Shown piece after piece: positions 1-9,824 of a stretch of 64,000 bases of DNA (the first letter of the stretch is position 1; each line of letters starts with the position of its first letter). This DNA is from a virus (Duplodnaviria; Caudoviricetes): IMG/VR virus record IMGVR_UViG_3300005739_000025. The stretch is one strand, 5' to 3'. The position numbers and the translations under genes were made by a program. The notes under the pieces were generated by a model. That model saw only the letters and a program-made list of their open reading frames with translations. It did not search any database and was not told where the DNA came from.

Positions 1-2644
1 CACCCCTATTTGATATATCTACATCAACGTTAAACGCTCCTATATTTCTTGAATGTCTGTTATATCTAATAGGACCTATAGGGTTTAAGCCTGAACCATC
101 GCCACTTAATACTGCATTATATGCAGTTAAAGAATTAACTTCTATTCTATTTGCAGTAAAATTGTCTAGGTTGACATTTTCTAATGTAAAATTTTTTGTA
201 ACTAAATCAGTAGTAAATATTGATCTTGCGTAAATTGCGTTATTTGCGCTTAAACTATCAACCTCTAATGGTCCGAAGATTTTTCCAGATATAGGAGTAC
301 CCCATGAGCCTACCAAAAATTGATTACTAGCAGAAGCTGTTACGTTAATACCTAAACCTATTACATTGCTATATGTACTACTAGAACCCATTAAAGGTCC
401 ACCCGCGCTTGCACCTATATAGATATTTTGTAAACCTGTTGAATTACTTGAACCTGCAAAAGCTCCTAAAAATACGTTGTCACCACCGTTTGTAGTGTTA
501 AAGCCCGCTCTATCTCCTAATATTGTATTACTATTAGCGTTATTATTTGCAGCTGCACATGTACCTAATATAACGTTATTGTTACCAACATTATTAGAAA
601 ATCTTCCCGCTTGTAACCCTATTAAAACGTTATTGCAACCTGTTGTATTTCCACAACCTACTTCAGAGCCTATAAACACGTTATTGTTTGCTAATGTAGT
701 ATTGACACCAGCTCTTCTACCAAAAAATATGTTGCAAGTACCAACAGTTATATTAGCACCAGCCTCTCTTCCAATAAACAAGTTATCATTTCCAGCTAAA
801 GTTCTAGCATCAGAATTTGAATCTCTAAACCATGTATTAATGTTAAATAAATCTCTATTATATCTAAATGGTCCAATTGGGTTAATTTCCAAACCATCTC
901 CTGATAAGGTTCTTGCACTCAAGGTTCCTGTTACTAATCCCCCAGATAATGATAAGAAATCTGCTGAACTTAAGGCTGATAGTGTTGTAATTACCGTATC
1001 TAGATAAAACACTCTTACTACATGGGATAGAGATGTAAGAGATGTTGTATACATCTCGTATGAGTTTATTCTAGGTGCGAATAATTCTTCTGTAGCTGAA
1101 AATGTACCCCAGAATGTACCGTCATATCTTGATTGGGATCCAAAATCTGGGGCACCTACCACAAATCTATTATTTCTATCAGCAGCCGCGCTGCGTCCTA
1201 ACAATATACTGTTATTCCACCCTCTACTACTTGCGCTATACCCTATAACAATATTTGAAAAGCCTGGTTCTTTGTCCCATTGTTGGGAATGAGCGTATGG
1301 TCCTAATATAATATTATTATTACCACCACCTGATAGATATTCACCAGCTCCTGTACCAATAATTATATTATGATATGAACCTCTATCGCTTGGTCCAGAT
1401 GATCTAAAACCTGCATATGCTCCTATAATAATATTACCATAAGAGGTATTAAATTTGCCTGCTTGTGGTCCTATATGAATATTATTAGAGTTTTGAGTAA
1501 AACTTCCATACCCTATCGTATCTGTATTAATAATAGTATTATTAAAACCTGTTAAAGGGTATAAAGAATTTATTAAAACTTGGCCATCTCCATTTAGTAC
1601 TGTAATTTTTTCGCCAATTATTATATCATTACTACTAACAGCTGTTTTGTTAGTTCCAATTAATACAACATTTGTATTTCTACTAGAATTATTACCATAA
1701 CCTAAAATAACATTTTGAGAATTATTTACTAAGTGGTAACTACCTAATACAACGTTTCTTCTAACTGATGTGTTAATATTTCCAATATTCCAGCCAGATT
1801 CTCTACCAATATATATATTATCTGAACCAAGTTCATTAAATAAACCTGCGTTATAACCTATATAAACGTTATCGCTACTTAAGTTTCTAAATCCTGCGAA
1901 TTTACCAATGTTTATATTGTTGTTTCCTATTTCGTTAATAAAACCAGATTGATAACCTATACCTAAATTATCGTTGGCAGATATTGTAGCAAACGGTGAA
2001 GCGCAAACACCAAAATAAAAGTTATTACTACCACTTATAGGTAGATTAATGGTAAACATTCTAGCTGTACCAACTGGTCTGTTAAAGATAAGTTCCCCTA
2101 CAGGGTTTAAGTTTCTACCGTCACCGGAAAGAGTGTCAAAAGCAATAGTTTGTGATGATAAAGAATCAAATATTCCAAACTTAGCTTTAATGCCGCCTGC
2201 TCCACCACCTCCTAGGTCAAAGTTTAAAGCCGTTAAATTTCTAAAAAAGGCTTTATCAGCAGAGATAAAATTATCTACAAATAAATTTCCAGCTACTGTT
2301 AAGTTACCTGTAACTTCTTGATTTTCTGTTCTTCTGCTTACAAAACTTACACTAAGAGCTGAGAAGTAAGTAGCTATAATACTATAGGCGGAAATAGATT
2401 CAGCTGATAAAGTATTAACTACAAGGTTTTTTGTATCTATCTGTGAAAACTTTATCCACCCTCTTTCAGTACCCTGGTTATTAGACGAAAGAATATATGT
2501 ATCTGTTTGTTCTAAAGGTAAATTTAACGGCGCGCCTAAATTGGGTTCTACTAAATCTAAAGAAATCCATTTATACCTGCTTGCAATTGATTTTGCAGAT
2601 GCAGCTGGTATTAATAACGTTTTATTGGCTAAGGTGTTATTCAT
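1..2644 (-). CDS. Tail fibre/adhesin-like protein with G-x-x-(A/S)-G and N-x-x-I-G repeats (YadA-head-like); runs off the window edge
   Basis: ATG at 2644 overlaps the upstream stop (TAATG). The frame was translated at both ends and in part of the middle without meeting a stop (MNNTLANKTLLIP...; IGYNAGLFNELGSDNIYIGRESG). Absent from the ORF track, consistent with no stop inside the window. Confidence 0.75.
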   Translation of the reverse strand, partial: MNNTLANKTLLIPAASAKSIASRYKWISLDLVEPNLGAPLNLPLEQTDTYILSSNNQGTERGWIKFSQIDTKNLVVNTLSAESISAYSIIATYFSALSVSFVSRRTENQEVTGNLTVAGNLFVDNFISADKAFFRNLTALNFDLGGGGAGGIKAKFGIFDSLSSQTIAFDTLSGDGRNLNPVGELIFNRPVGTARMFTINLPISGSNNFYFGVCASPFATISANDNLGIGYQSGFINEIGNNNINIGKFAGFRNLSSDNVYIGYNAGLFNELGSDNIYIGRESGWNIGNINTSVRRNVVLGSYHLVNNSQNVILGYGNNSSRNTNVVLIGTNKTAVSSNDIIIGEKITVLNGDGQVLINSLYPLTGFNNTIINTDTIGYGSFTQNSNNIHIGPQAGKFNTSYGNIIIGAYAGFRSSGPSDRGSYHNIIIGTGAGEYLSGGGNNNIILGPYAHSQQWDKEPGFSNIVIGYSASSRGWNNSILLGRSAAADRNNRFVVGAPDFGSQSRYDGTFWGTFSATEELFAPRINSYEMYTTSLTSLSHVVRVFYLDTVITTLSALSSADFLSLSGGLVTGTLSARTLSGDGLEINPIGPFRYNRDLFNINTWFRDSNSDARTLAGNDNLFIGREAGANITVGTCNIFFGRRAGVNTTLANNNVFIGSEVGCGNTTGCNNVLIGLQAGRFSNNVGNNNVILGTCAAANNNANSNTILGDRAGFNTTNGGDNVFLGAFAGSSNSTGLQNIYIGASAGGPLMGSSSTYSNVIGLGINVTASASNQFLVGSWGTPISGKIFGPLEVDSLSANNAIYARSIFTTDLVTKNFTLENVNLDNFTANRIEVNSLTAYNAVLSGDGSGLNPIGPIRYNRHSRNIGAFNVDVDISNRG

Positions 2645-3030
2645 TAGTCAGTATTCTTTGTTTCGAGTAAGCCGAGTGATAAAACTAACCCATCGCTATC
2701 AGCTTTCACAACAAGAATATCTGGAGTTGTTATAGAGGCGCCATCAACACCTTGTAATACAACTCTACCTGTTACTAAAGATCTAGCATCTCTTGCAGGA
2801 ATTGGAAAACTACTAACAATAGGGAAAAAAGTATAACCACTTGAACCCGAATATATGTCTACAGCTGACACCATCATTGTAATACTAATATCATTATTTG
2901 TCGGATTAGCGGCATGCGCATTAATAAGAATAGCTGCTCTTTCCTGCGGAGCTGTATATACACCTGATAGACCTGTGGAAACGTTAATATGTCTATTTCT
3001 AAATTTATTTAAAGGTACTCTTGCGGCCAT
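2644..3030 (-). CDS. Hypothetical virion-associated protein
   Basis: 128-aa ORF tightly coupled between two structural-type genes. Confidence 0.6.
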   Translation of the reverse strand: MAARVPLNKFRNRHINVSTGLSGVYTAPQERAAILINAHAANPTNNDISITMMVSAVDIYSGSSGYTFFPIVSSFPIPARDARSLVTGRVVLQGVDGASITTPDILVVKADSDGLVLSLGLLETKNTD

Positions 3031-3051
3031 ATATTATTATTTATAATTTTG

Positions 3052-4911
3052 TTAAATATTACCCGCAATAGCTATACTAAAGGGTGTAATTGTTGTTAAA
3101 ATAGATCTCTGGAAAGTTTCACCTTCAATTGTACCTGTAGCTTGAACAATAGTTAAGCCTTGCCCAATTCTAAAGTCACCAAATTGGTTCGTTGAAGTGA
3201 AGAATACTCTCCCTTCATTATCGAATACAACTTCTTTTGTAACGTCTGTCTGGCCTCCGTTTTGGGGAACTGCTGATAACAATACTGTTCCCGTTCCTAT
3301 ATATTCAAGAGTATGTGCGGAGGCTGTAATTGTACTTCTTATATAAAACTTGACATTTGAATTTATATGATCTATTACAGTAATCCCTGATAAAGAACTA
3401 TCTAAAGTTGGAGCATAGTTAGCATCTAACACTATGCCGCATCTATATTTTGTACTGCCATCTATATCAGTATAAGGTGTAATAGGTGATGCGGATAATA
3501 TACTAAAATAATCATTGGAGTTGTAGGCTGTTAAAGTTTCAGAAACATTTAGAGGGTTTGTAAACTCTATAGCAAATATTTGACCAGGGTACGGTTGAAA
3601 ATCGTCTCTAAATTCTTGTTGCGCAGATTTTCCCGATAAATTTTCAATAAATATAGTATTAGTTAAACCACTAATTGAAGCTGCTAAATTTCCTAATAAG
3701 GTTGGTCTAGGTGATTTACCATATGATACAAGACCTAAATCACCGAACGAACAGTTAGACGTATTAATTGAGCACGTACCCCCAGATTCACAAATAACTC
3801 CTTCTGTACAGCATATGGTAAATGTAGAAACTAGCTGGGCGTAACCGTTTCTTACAATATGGATACCTTTGCCTCCTTCATTAAACTGAGTAAAAGAGTC
3901 CATAACCATAGAACGTAGAGGACCGTCCACCTTATATCCGTCGACTAATACACCTCCACCTGCATCGTTAGCGTTTGCAGAAGTTGCTTGTGTAATGCTA
4001 GAATTTCCTTGGGGGTACGGAGATGTTAAAGTATAAGCTTTATGTACGTTAGCTTCATAATACTCTGTCGTTAAGAGATCATCTGCATCAATATTTTCAA
4101 GCTCTGTAAAAAATGTTGAGTTTAACCCAGTAAAATATCTTCTTAAAAATGCAATTCTCGCTGGGTCTGTAATAATTTGACCAGGAAAATCTTTAGATAA
4201 ATCATCTGGATTGTTAAAACTATCGTATGTGGCTTTAAAATTATTTGGATTTCTTCTCCAATGCCCTTCAGCCCTAGCCGTAGCAGCAACTACTCTTGTG
4301 TCAGGATATTCTGGAACAGGTAAACCGTAATCTATCGATAGCTCTGGATAGGCAATTGCGTAAGATGGGTTTAAATGTCTTCTAAATGTTACACCCCAGA
4401 CATAACAACCATGGTTAACCCATATAATGTCATAAAATCTATTTTTAGGTATAATAGATACAGATCTTAAGTTATCTCCAATAATGGTGCATCGCGGTGG
4501 GAGATAAATTGGATTATCTTCTTCATAAGTACCGGTTCTAATAAAAATGTTTACTTGTCTAGAACCTATACCCCAAGCTGGTTTACCATAACCGTTTGCC
4601 TGACCTACTTGAGCTTCCAGAGCTGTATTCGCACCATCTCTAGAAATTTCTAAGGCCTTAGCACAAGCTCTTTTTAATGTTTTAAAAGCTCTATATTCAG
4701 ATCTACCAGAGTTTGTATCTTTACCGTTAGGGTTAACGTATAAAACTTCAGGGGCAGCTCTTAAATCTACACTTTTTAATAGTTCAATAGTAAGGTCAGA
4801 GATCTTAGTTCTGATCTCTTTATTAAAATCTCTATAACCTACTAAGTAGTCGTCCTGTAATAGATTTTGATTAGGTACATAATCAAAATCACTAAAATTC
4901 TTAAAAGGCAT
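3052..4911 (-). CDS. Virion structural protein with pectate-lyase-like beta-helix
   Basis: 619 aa. LYVNPNGKDTNSG...FKTLKRA, IRTGTYEEDNPI and SFTQFNEGGKG motifs typical of T4-like phage beta-helix proteins; CATAAATA late promoter upstream. Confidence 0.65.
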   Translation of the reverse strand: MPFKNFSDFDYVPNQNLLQDDYLVGYRDFNKEIRTKISDLTIELLKSVDLRAAPEVLYVNPNGKDTNSGRSEYRAFKTLKRACAKALEISRDGANTALEAQVGQANGYGKPAWGIGSRQVNIFIRTGTYEEDNPIYLPPRCTIIGDNLRSVSIIPKNRFYDIIWVNHGCYVWGVTFRRHLNPSYAIAYPELSIDYGLPVPEYPDTRVVAATARAEGHWRRNPNNFKATYDSFNNPDDLSKDFPGQIITDPARIAFLRRYFTGLNSTFFTELENIDADDLLTTEYYEANVHKAYTLTSPYPQGNSSITQATSANANDAGGGVLVDGYKVDGPLRSMVMDSFTQFNEGGKGIHIVRNGYAQLVSTFTICCTEGVICESGGTCSINTSNCSFGDLGLVSYGKSPRPTLLGNLAASISGLTNTIFIENLSGKSAQQEFRDDFQPYPGQIFAIEFTNPLNVSETLTAYNSNDYFSILSASPITPYTDIDGSTKYRCGIVLDANYAPTLDSSLSGITVIDHINSNVKFYIRSTITASAHTLEYIGTGTVLLSAVPQNGGQTDVTKEVVFDNEGRVFFTSTNQFGDFRIGQGLTIVQATGTIEGETFQRSILTTITPFSIAIAGNI

Positions 4912-4936
4912 ATAAACTATTTATGCCTTTTTTAAT

Positions 4937-5122
4937 TTAGCTTTGAGCTTCTTCAGTATTTTTAGCGGCAGGAGCTATATCGATTCTACTAATAGTTCTG
5001 TCGCCATGATGAATGACGATAGGAACCAAAATGATGTTATATTTTTGAAGAGTAGCTTCGATTTCTTGTTTTGCTGCAAGAAGTTGCTCATCTGTTAAAC
5101 CATTTTTGTTGTTTTCTTCCAT
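4937..5122 (-). CDS. Small hypothetical protein
   Basis: 61-aa ORF directly behind a TATAAATA motif. Confidence 0.55.
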   Translation of the reverse strand: MEENNKNGLTDEQLLAAKQEIEATLQKYNIILVPIVIHHGDRTISRIDIAPAAKNTEEAQS

Positions 5123-5163
5123 AGTAATCTTATTTATAAAGGAGTGTAACTTTTCAACTATTT

Positions 5164-5982
5164 TTAAAAGCCTGTTTCAGGAATTATAAAATCTGTAATT
5201 CTTGGAGAACCGGAAATAGAAATAGTGTTACTATATTCTATTAAATTTTCTTGTGTTACATTTAAACCTAAAGAAGACAAAGTAAAATAATTAGCGCTAC
5301 TCAATTCAATATTTGAGCGAACCGCATAAAAATCTATATCCACGTTATAAATGTTTTTTACTGGACCATCTACATATGGAAATAACCAACCTTTAATAGT
5401 AAATGAAGTATCAGCTATTATTTGTGCTTTCTGATTATTGTTTACTTCTACAGGGTAATTTAATGATACATTTCCATCCCATAAAACTTCTGTTCTTATT
5501 TCTTGGGTATAATTAGGTGTAAATTTATCTGGCACCTTCCACGAAATAACAATATATGGGTTATTATAGGGAATAAAATTCCCCAATATTTGATCCATAT
5601 CTAATTGATTTTTTGTCAATACAGACATGTTTACTTTTAAATTTACTGGTATTGGTGTTTTAAAATATGGTGTCTCTCTTAACACTCTCTCACGGGAAAG
5701 GGTTGATGGTGTTAAAAATCCTGAATTTTTACTAAAGACTCTACCTTCATCTCTTGTTACACTTCCTAGTGTTATTGCTATAACTGGCAAAACTAAATTC
5801 TGGCCAGGGTTAATTAAATCATAAAGCACTCTTTGTTTAGGTGCATATACGTACCTAACTTGTAACTTTTGACCCTTAACTCTATTCTTACCTTCATATC
5901 TATCAATTACTACGTTATTGAAGGCTGCTAAAAATTGAGTTATTAAATCTTGAATTTCAAAAGAAAAGCTCTGCTTTCTCAT
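5164..5982 (-). CDS. gp15: Tail sheath stabiliser/terminator (T4 gp15-like)
   Basis: FxxxFNNVVIDR, VRYVYAPKQR, LPVIAITL, QILGNFIPYNNP resemble the gp15 family. Confidence 0.75.
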   Translation of the reverse strand: MRKQSFSFEIQDLITQFLAAFNNVVIDRYEGKNRVKGQKLQVRYVYAPKQRVLYDLINPGQNLVLPVIAITLGSVTRDEGRVFSKNSGFLTPSTLSRERVLRETPYFKTPIPVNLKVNMSVLTKNQLDMDQILGNFIPYNNPYIVISWKVPDKFTPNYTQEIRTEVLWDGNVSLNYPVEVNNNQKAQIIADTSFTIKGWLFPYVDGPVKNIYNVDIDFYAVRSNIELSSANYFTLSSLGLNVTQENLIEYSNTISISGSPRITDFIIPETGF

Positions 5983-5994
5983 TTTAAGTATTTA

Positions 5995-7623
5995 TTAATT
6001 AATACGGTCAAAGAAATGCTCTGGCAACTTATACTTTACTCTTGGCAATACTTTAAATCCGTTACCGTCTAATATATAAGTGCTACTATAGTCTTGTTTA
6101 CTACGCGTGGCTCGACCACACATTTGCACCAATATATTAAGCATTTGATTTTCATACCAGTCCTTATCTATATCAAACAACTTTTTAATTCTCTTATTAC
6201 CAAGAGGTAAAAACGGTAACTTCACTATAATAGAAAATCTAGCTAAATCATCTCTTAAATCTACACCATGGGTCAATGAAGGACTTACTAGTACTGTAGG
6301 ATCCTTACTGTTATAGTGTTTATTGAGTATATCATCATTAACTGACATTTCATTACGAAATAAAAATCTTTTATCTTTTAAATGTTTTCTCAAAATATTT
6401 GTAATGTCCATGCTTTGTGTATGGATGATTCCTTTTTCGTTTTTGTATACATCACAAAGCTCAACTATTTGTTTTGCTATCTTTGGTAGGACTTTTTCTT
6501 TATTAGCATAGTTTATAGGGTTTGTGCTAGATATATAAATTGGACTTTGTTTAGGATCAAAATTACTTTTAGTTTCTATATACTCGTATTTGTTTATGCC
6601 GAGTGACTCAGCAAATTTCTTATGGTCTATGATTGTTGCTGACATTAGAACTATTTGATCCCCGTAATCAAATATATGTTTTGTGAGCGTGTTAACTTTT
6701 AATGGTGTAATACTAATTACACCCCTTTCTGGTTGATCAATAATCCATTCACAAGAGCTCCACTCATTGGTGCATGTGTTAATTTGAAGAAATAAAGTCT
6801 TCAACGTAGAGATTTTATTTTTTTCACCTAAAACTAAATTTGGATTTTTATTATAATCTTTAATGAGCTGTTCTATGTAATCGCTAATTGTCAGTGAGAG
6901 ATTTGTTAGCCAATCAAGCATATCTTTGTTTGTATATGATTTTGGGGATTTTACATCAATTCCAAGCTTATTGAGTTTTTTAAGATCTAGATATAAAGAA
7001 AACATTTTAACCATTTCATTCTCTAACTCTGAAGCTTCATCGCAAATTATATAATTTTTTCTCTTAACATGTCTCGGTAAATGTAAAAACATCTTATAGT
7101 TTAAGACTGTGTGTCTTGATATAAGAGCTACATTTCTACTATTATAGTAAGGACATCTGTTAGCTTTCCAGCAGTCCTCTTTTAGTCTGGGGGCCAGTAG
7201 ACAGGGTGCTGTATCAATAGTAGAGTTGTTATCGACTTCACATATATAATTTGTTTTACCTTTTAAAGTATTAATTTCATTAAATAATCCTTTATATTGA
7301 TCTTGTAAGCTTTTAGTTATTGTTAATGTAAAGCTACCAAAAGGTGGTTCATCTTCACATAATACTTGATTGGTATAATTACCTGAAAAGTCTTGTTTAA
7401 ACGCCTGATAGGATTCAATCAACTCTACAAATTTTTTAGTTGGATCGTTACTCGCATTAGCCAAAGTCATGGATAAAAAACTCTTACCGGTACCTGTTGG
7501 TGCTGATACTATTGCAAATTTGTTATTACTGGAAAAACATTCATCTACCCTTCTTATTATCTCTATTTGACTTGTGGAAGGCTCAAAGTCTTTAGGAAAA
7601 TAGTTAAGAAGCTTTTTTCGCAC
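5995..7623 (-). CDS. DinG/Rad3-family SF2 helicase
   Basis: Walker A APTGTGKS, DEAS motif II, MSAT motif III, GVDL, QMCGRATR motif VI. Confidence 0.85.
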   Translation of the reverse strand: MRKKLLNYFPKDFEPSTSQIEIIRRVDECFSSNNKFAIVSAPTGTGKSFLSMTLANASNDPTKKFVELIESYQAFKQDFSGNYTNQVLCEDEPPFGSFTLTITKSLQDQYKGLFNEINTLKGKTNYICEVDNNSTIDTAPCLLAPRLKEDCWKANRCPYYNSRNVALISRHTVLNYKMFLHLPRHVKRKNYIICDEASELENEMVKMFSLYLDLKKLNKLGIDVKSPKSYTNKDMLDWLTNLSLTISDYIEQLIKDYNKNPNLVLGEKNKISTLKTLFLQINTCTNEWSSCEWIIDQPERGVISITPLKVNTLTKHIFDYGDQIVLMSATIIDHKKFAESLGINKYEYIETKSNFDPKQSPIYISSTNPINYANKEKVLPKIAKQIVELCDVYKNEKGIIHTQSMDITNILRKHLKDKRFLFRNEMSVNDDILNKHYNSKDPTVLVSPSLTHGVDLRDDLARFSIIVKLPFLPLGNKRIKKLFDIDKDWYENQMLNILVQMCGRATRSKQDYSSTYILDGNGFKVLPRVKYKLPEHFFDRIN

Positions 7624-7643
7624 CTATATAGTATATACTAATA

Positions 7644-7982
7644 CTATTGAGTTTCAATAATTTTAACACAGCTATCAAAATACTTCATATGCTTTTCTTT
7701 ATTGTATATAACTTTAGCTCTTTCATGTATTTCTGATAGTCCCTTTGTAAAGGATTTTAGTTTATAATCTAATATTAAAATATTTTTATTCTTTTCATCT
7801 TTATAACAGTTAAATGGATAGGGGAGCTCAAAACTTTTAGTCATATCATTTGTAACAATGATAAAATGAATATAAAAATCTTTTACACTAAAGAGTAAAA
7901 GTTTTCCTTGTCTCAACAATTTATTTTCTAACATTATTGAGATATCTTTTTGAAAGAATGCTTGTAAATTTTTTTCTAACAT
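7644..7982 (-). CDS. Hypothetical protein
   Basis: 112-aa ORF in the minus-strand operon. Confidence 0.6.
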   Translation of the reverse strand: MLEKNLQAFFQKDISIMLENKLLRQGKLLLFSVKDFYIHFIIVTNDMTKSFELPYPFNCYKDEKNKNILILDYKLKSFTKGLSEIHERAKVIYNKEKHMKYFDSCVKIIETQ

Positions 7983-7983
7983 A

Positions 7984-8361
7984 TTAGCTATCCATGTACA
8001 TCATCTTCTGCGCTGGTGACATGGGTAAAAGCTCCTTTCTAAAGTAATCCCAGAACTCTTCATTTGCTGGAACTGTTTTGATCAAGTTACAGCTTTGACA
8101 ATTAATAGTTCTAAAATCTTGCATTAATACATCCCAGGCTACAATAACATTTTTTTGGGCAAAATTATATTTCGGTGGTCCTTTTGGGGGTGAGTAGTTA
8201 AGTGTTAATCTACCATCTACACCTAGAAGTAATGTATTTGAATTTGTTGCGACCATTCTTCTAAAAGGAGGACGACCGGGTTTAGGTCTTCTCCTTAAAA
8301 ATCTAATCTCACAAACATTATTTCTTAGTACTGCGTTTAGACTTGGTTGTGTTATTAACAT
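7984..8361 (-). CDS. Hypothetical protein, possibly WYL/SH3-like fold
   Basis: VCEIRF...RRMVAT...AWDVLMQDFRTI pattern. Confidence 0.45.
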   Translation of the reverse strand: MLITQPSLNAVLRNNVCEIRFLRRRPKPGRPPFRRMVATNSNTLLLGVDGRLTLNYSPPKGPPKYNFAQKNVIVAWDVLMQDFRTINCQSCNLIKTVPANEEFWDYFRKELLPMSPAQKMMYMDS

Positions 8362-8764
8362 CTTTTTTTCTTGGTTTTACTACTCCGAATATTCTATGTT
8401 CGTTTAAGAATTGACCGGACTCAATTGTTCCGTAATCTACTACATCTACTTTGGAAATGTTTATGCCCATATTATTGGGGAAACATATAAAGTCGCCTTT
8501 CTTTACAAGAGAACAGCCCTTACCACATAACACTACTCTACCAATTCTCCATGCATTGGACTGGGCATTGATAGGTACCACCAAACCATTGCGAATTATT
8601 TCATTACCGGTAGCTGTTACATCTACAAATTCAGCTAAAATAATATCGTCTAAAACATCGACTAGATCGTACCCTATTAATGAACTATCTAGTGAGTTTG
8701 AAGGGAAACCAGTAAGATCGATTAAGCTTCTGGTTGGTATTAATTTATCTACGTTTAAGGCCAT
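8318..8764 (-). CDS. GroES-like co-chaperonin (gp31-like)
   Basis: DDIILAE...GLVVP...GRVVLCGKG...VKKGDFICF matches the GroES pattern. Confidence 0.65.
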   Translation of the reverse strand: MALNVDKLIPTRSLIDLTGFPSNSLDSSLIGYDLVDVLDDIILAEFVDVTATGNEIIRNGLVVPINAQSNAWRIGRVVLCGKGCSLVKKGDFICFPNNMGINISKVDVVDYGTIESGQFLNEHRIFGVVKPRKKDVNNTTKSKRSTKK

Positions 8765-8789
8765 ATACTAACTTATGGCCATAGATTAC

Positions 8790-9065
8790 TTAATCAACAG
8801 TTTTACGCTTTATATAATTGATTCTTTGATACTTATAACGTGGTAGTACAGTTTTGAGGAATGTATATTGGTGTTGCTTGGAAGATAATAAATGTCCAAA
8901 TTTATTTGTAGTTTCGTTTATTATCTTAGCGCTATCTTTATCGACCATCGAACACCATCTATTTACCATGTAAATGTCAAAGGTTTTTTCTTCTTCTACT
9001 GTATTAGATGGTATTTGAGTCTTGGTAAATAGAATACCCTTAAGGTAGTCAAAAATGGTAGCCAT
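8790..9065 (-). CDS. Clamp-loader small subunit (gp62-like)
   Basis: IFDYLKGI...YMVNRWCS pattern of gp62-like proteins. Confidence 0.55.
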   Translation of the reverse strand: MATIFDYLKGILFTKTQIPSNTVEEEKTFDIYMVNRWCSMVDKDSAKIINETTNKFGHLLSSKQHQYTFLKTVLPRYKYQRINYIKRKTVD

Positions 9066-9670
9066 TAAGAAATAGTTTTAGAAGAAGCAATAAACATATC
9101 TTCTACAATCATATAAAACGCATTAATAACATCGTTCATAAATGCTGTAACTTGATCGTTTGCTAGTTCCGTACTATAGGCAAACACTGGAGCTGAATTA
9201 CCAGCCTTAACATTAATACCAGTATGACCTAATGTAACGCCGTTTTTTACATGAACTATACTAACACTGGCCTTACCATTAGGTTGTTCAATACCTCTTT
9301 GGGTAAATGATTTATGAACAATCATATCGTCACCTCTCATTTCAATAGGAGCATTGAGATATTTTTGACCTAATATATTAGCTATTTGACTATTGAATAA
9401 TCTTTGAAAAGCTACTGCACCAAAAGGATTATCTAAAATAGGAATCTCATACAAGAAATGCATCATATCGTCACTATAGATAAAATCTCCATTAATAACG
9501 TCCTCCATATCAATCATACCATGGGCCTCAACTTTAGCCGGAGCTCTAAAAGCAATGATATTACCTTGAGGTAAAGTTCTATTCTTAAAATACCTATAAG
9601 CAAACCGGTTGTGGAGTAAGGGGCCGTCGTAAACCCGACATTCAGGATTTTTATTAGGATCAATAATCAT
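9065..9670 (-). CDS. DUF366-family protein (biotin/lipoate ligase-like fold)
   Basis: YDGPLLHNRFAY, MIDMEDV...IYSDDMMHF, AVAFQRL, RGDD...KASVSI, HTGINV. Confidence 0.65.
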   Translation of the reverse strand: MIIDPNKNPECRVYDGPLLHNRFAYRYFKNRTLPQGNIIAFRAPAKVEAHGMIDMEDVINGDFIYSDDMMHFLYEIPILDNPFGAVAFQRLFNSQIANILGQKYLNAPIEMRGDDMIVHKSFTQRGIEQPNGKASVSIVHVKNGVTLGHTGINVKAGNSAPVFAYSTELANDQVTAFMNDVINAFYMIVEDMFIASSKTIS

Positions 9671-9824
9671 ACAAATATACTAACAACTATAAATACAAAA
9701 TCAACTACAAAATACTTTAAAGAGTAATAGTCTTTTCTATATCTAATTTATTTTAACAAAATATTGCAAAAAATCAACTATATTTTATAAAGTAGATAAA
9801 ACTAAATAAACCCTAAATATAAAC

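Noticed and set aside
477-2735. Plus-strand ORFs 477-1007, 2049-2321, 2541-2735
   Set aside because: Antisense shadows of the long minus-strand fibre gene starting at 2644
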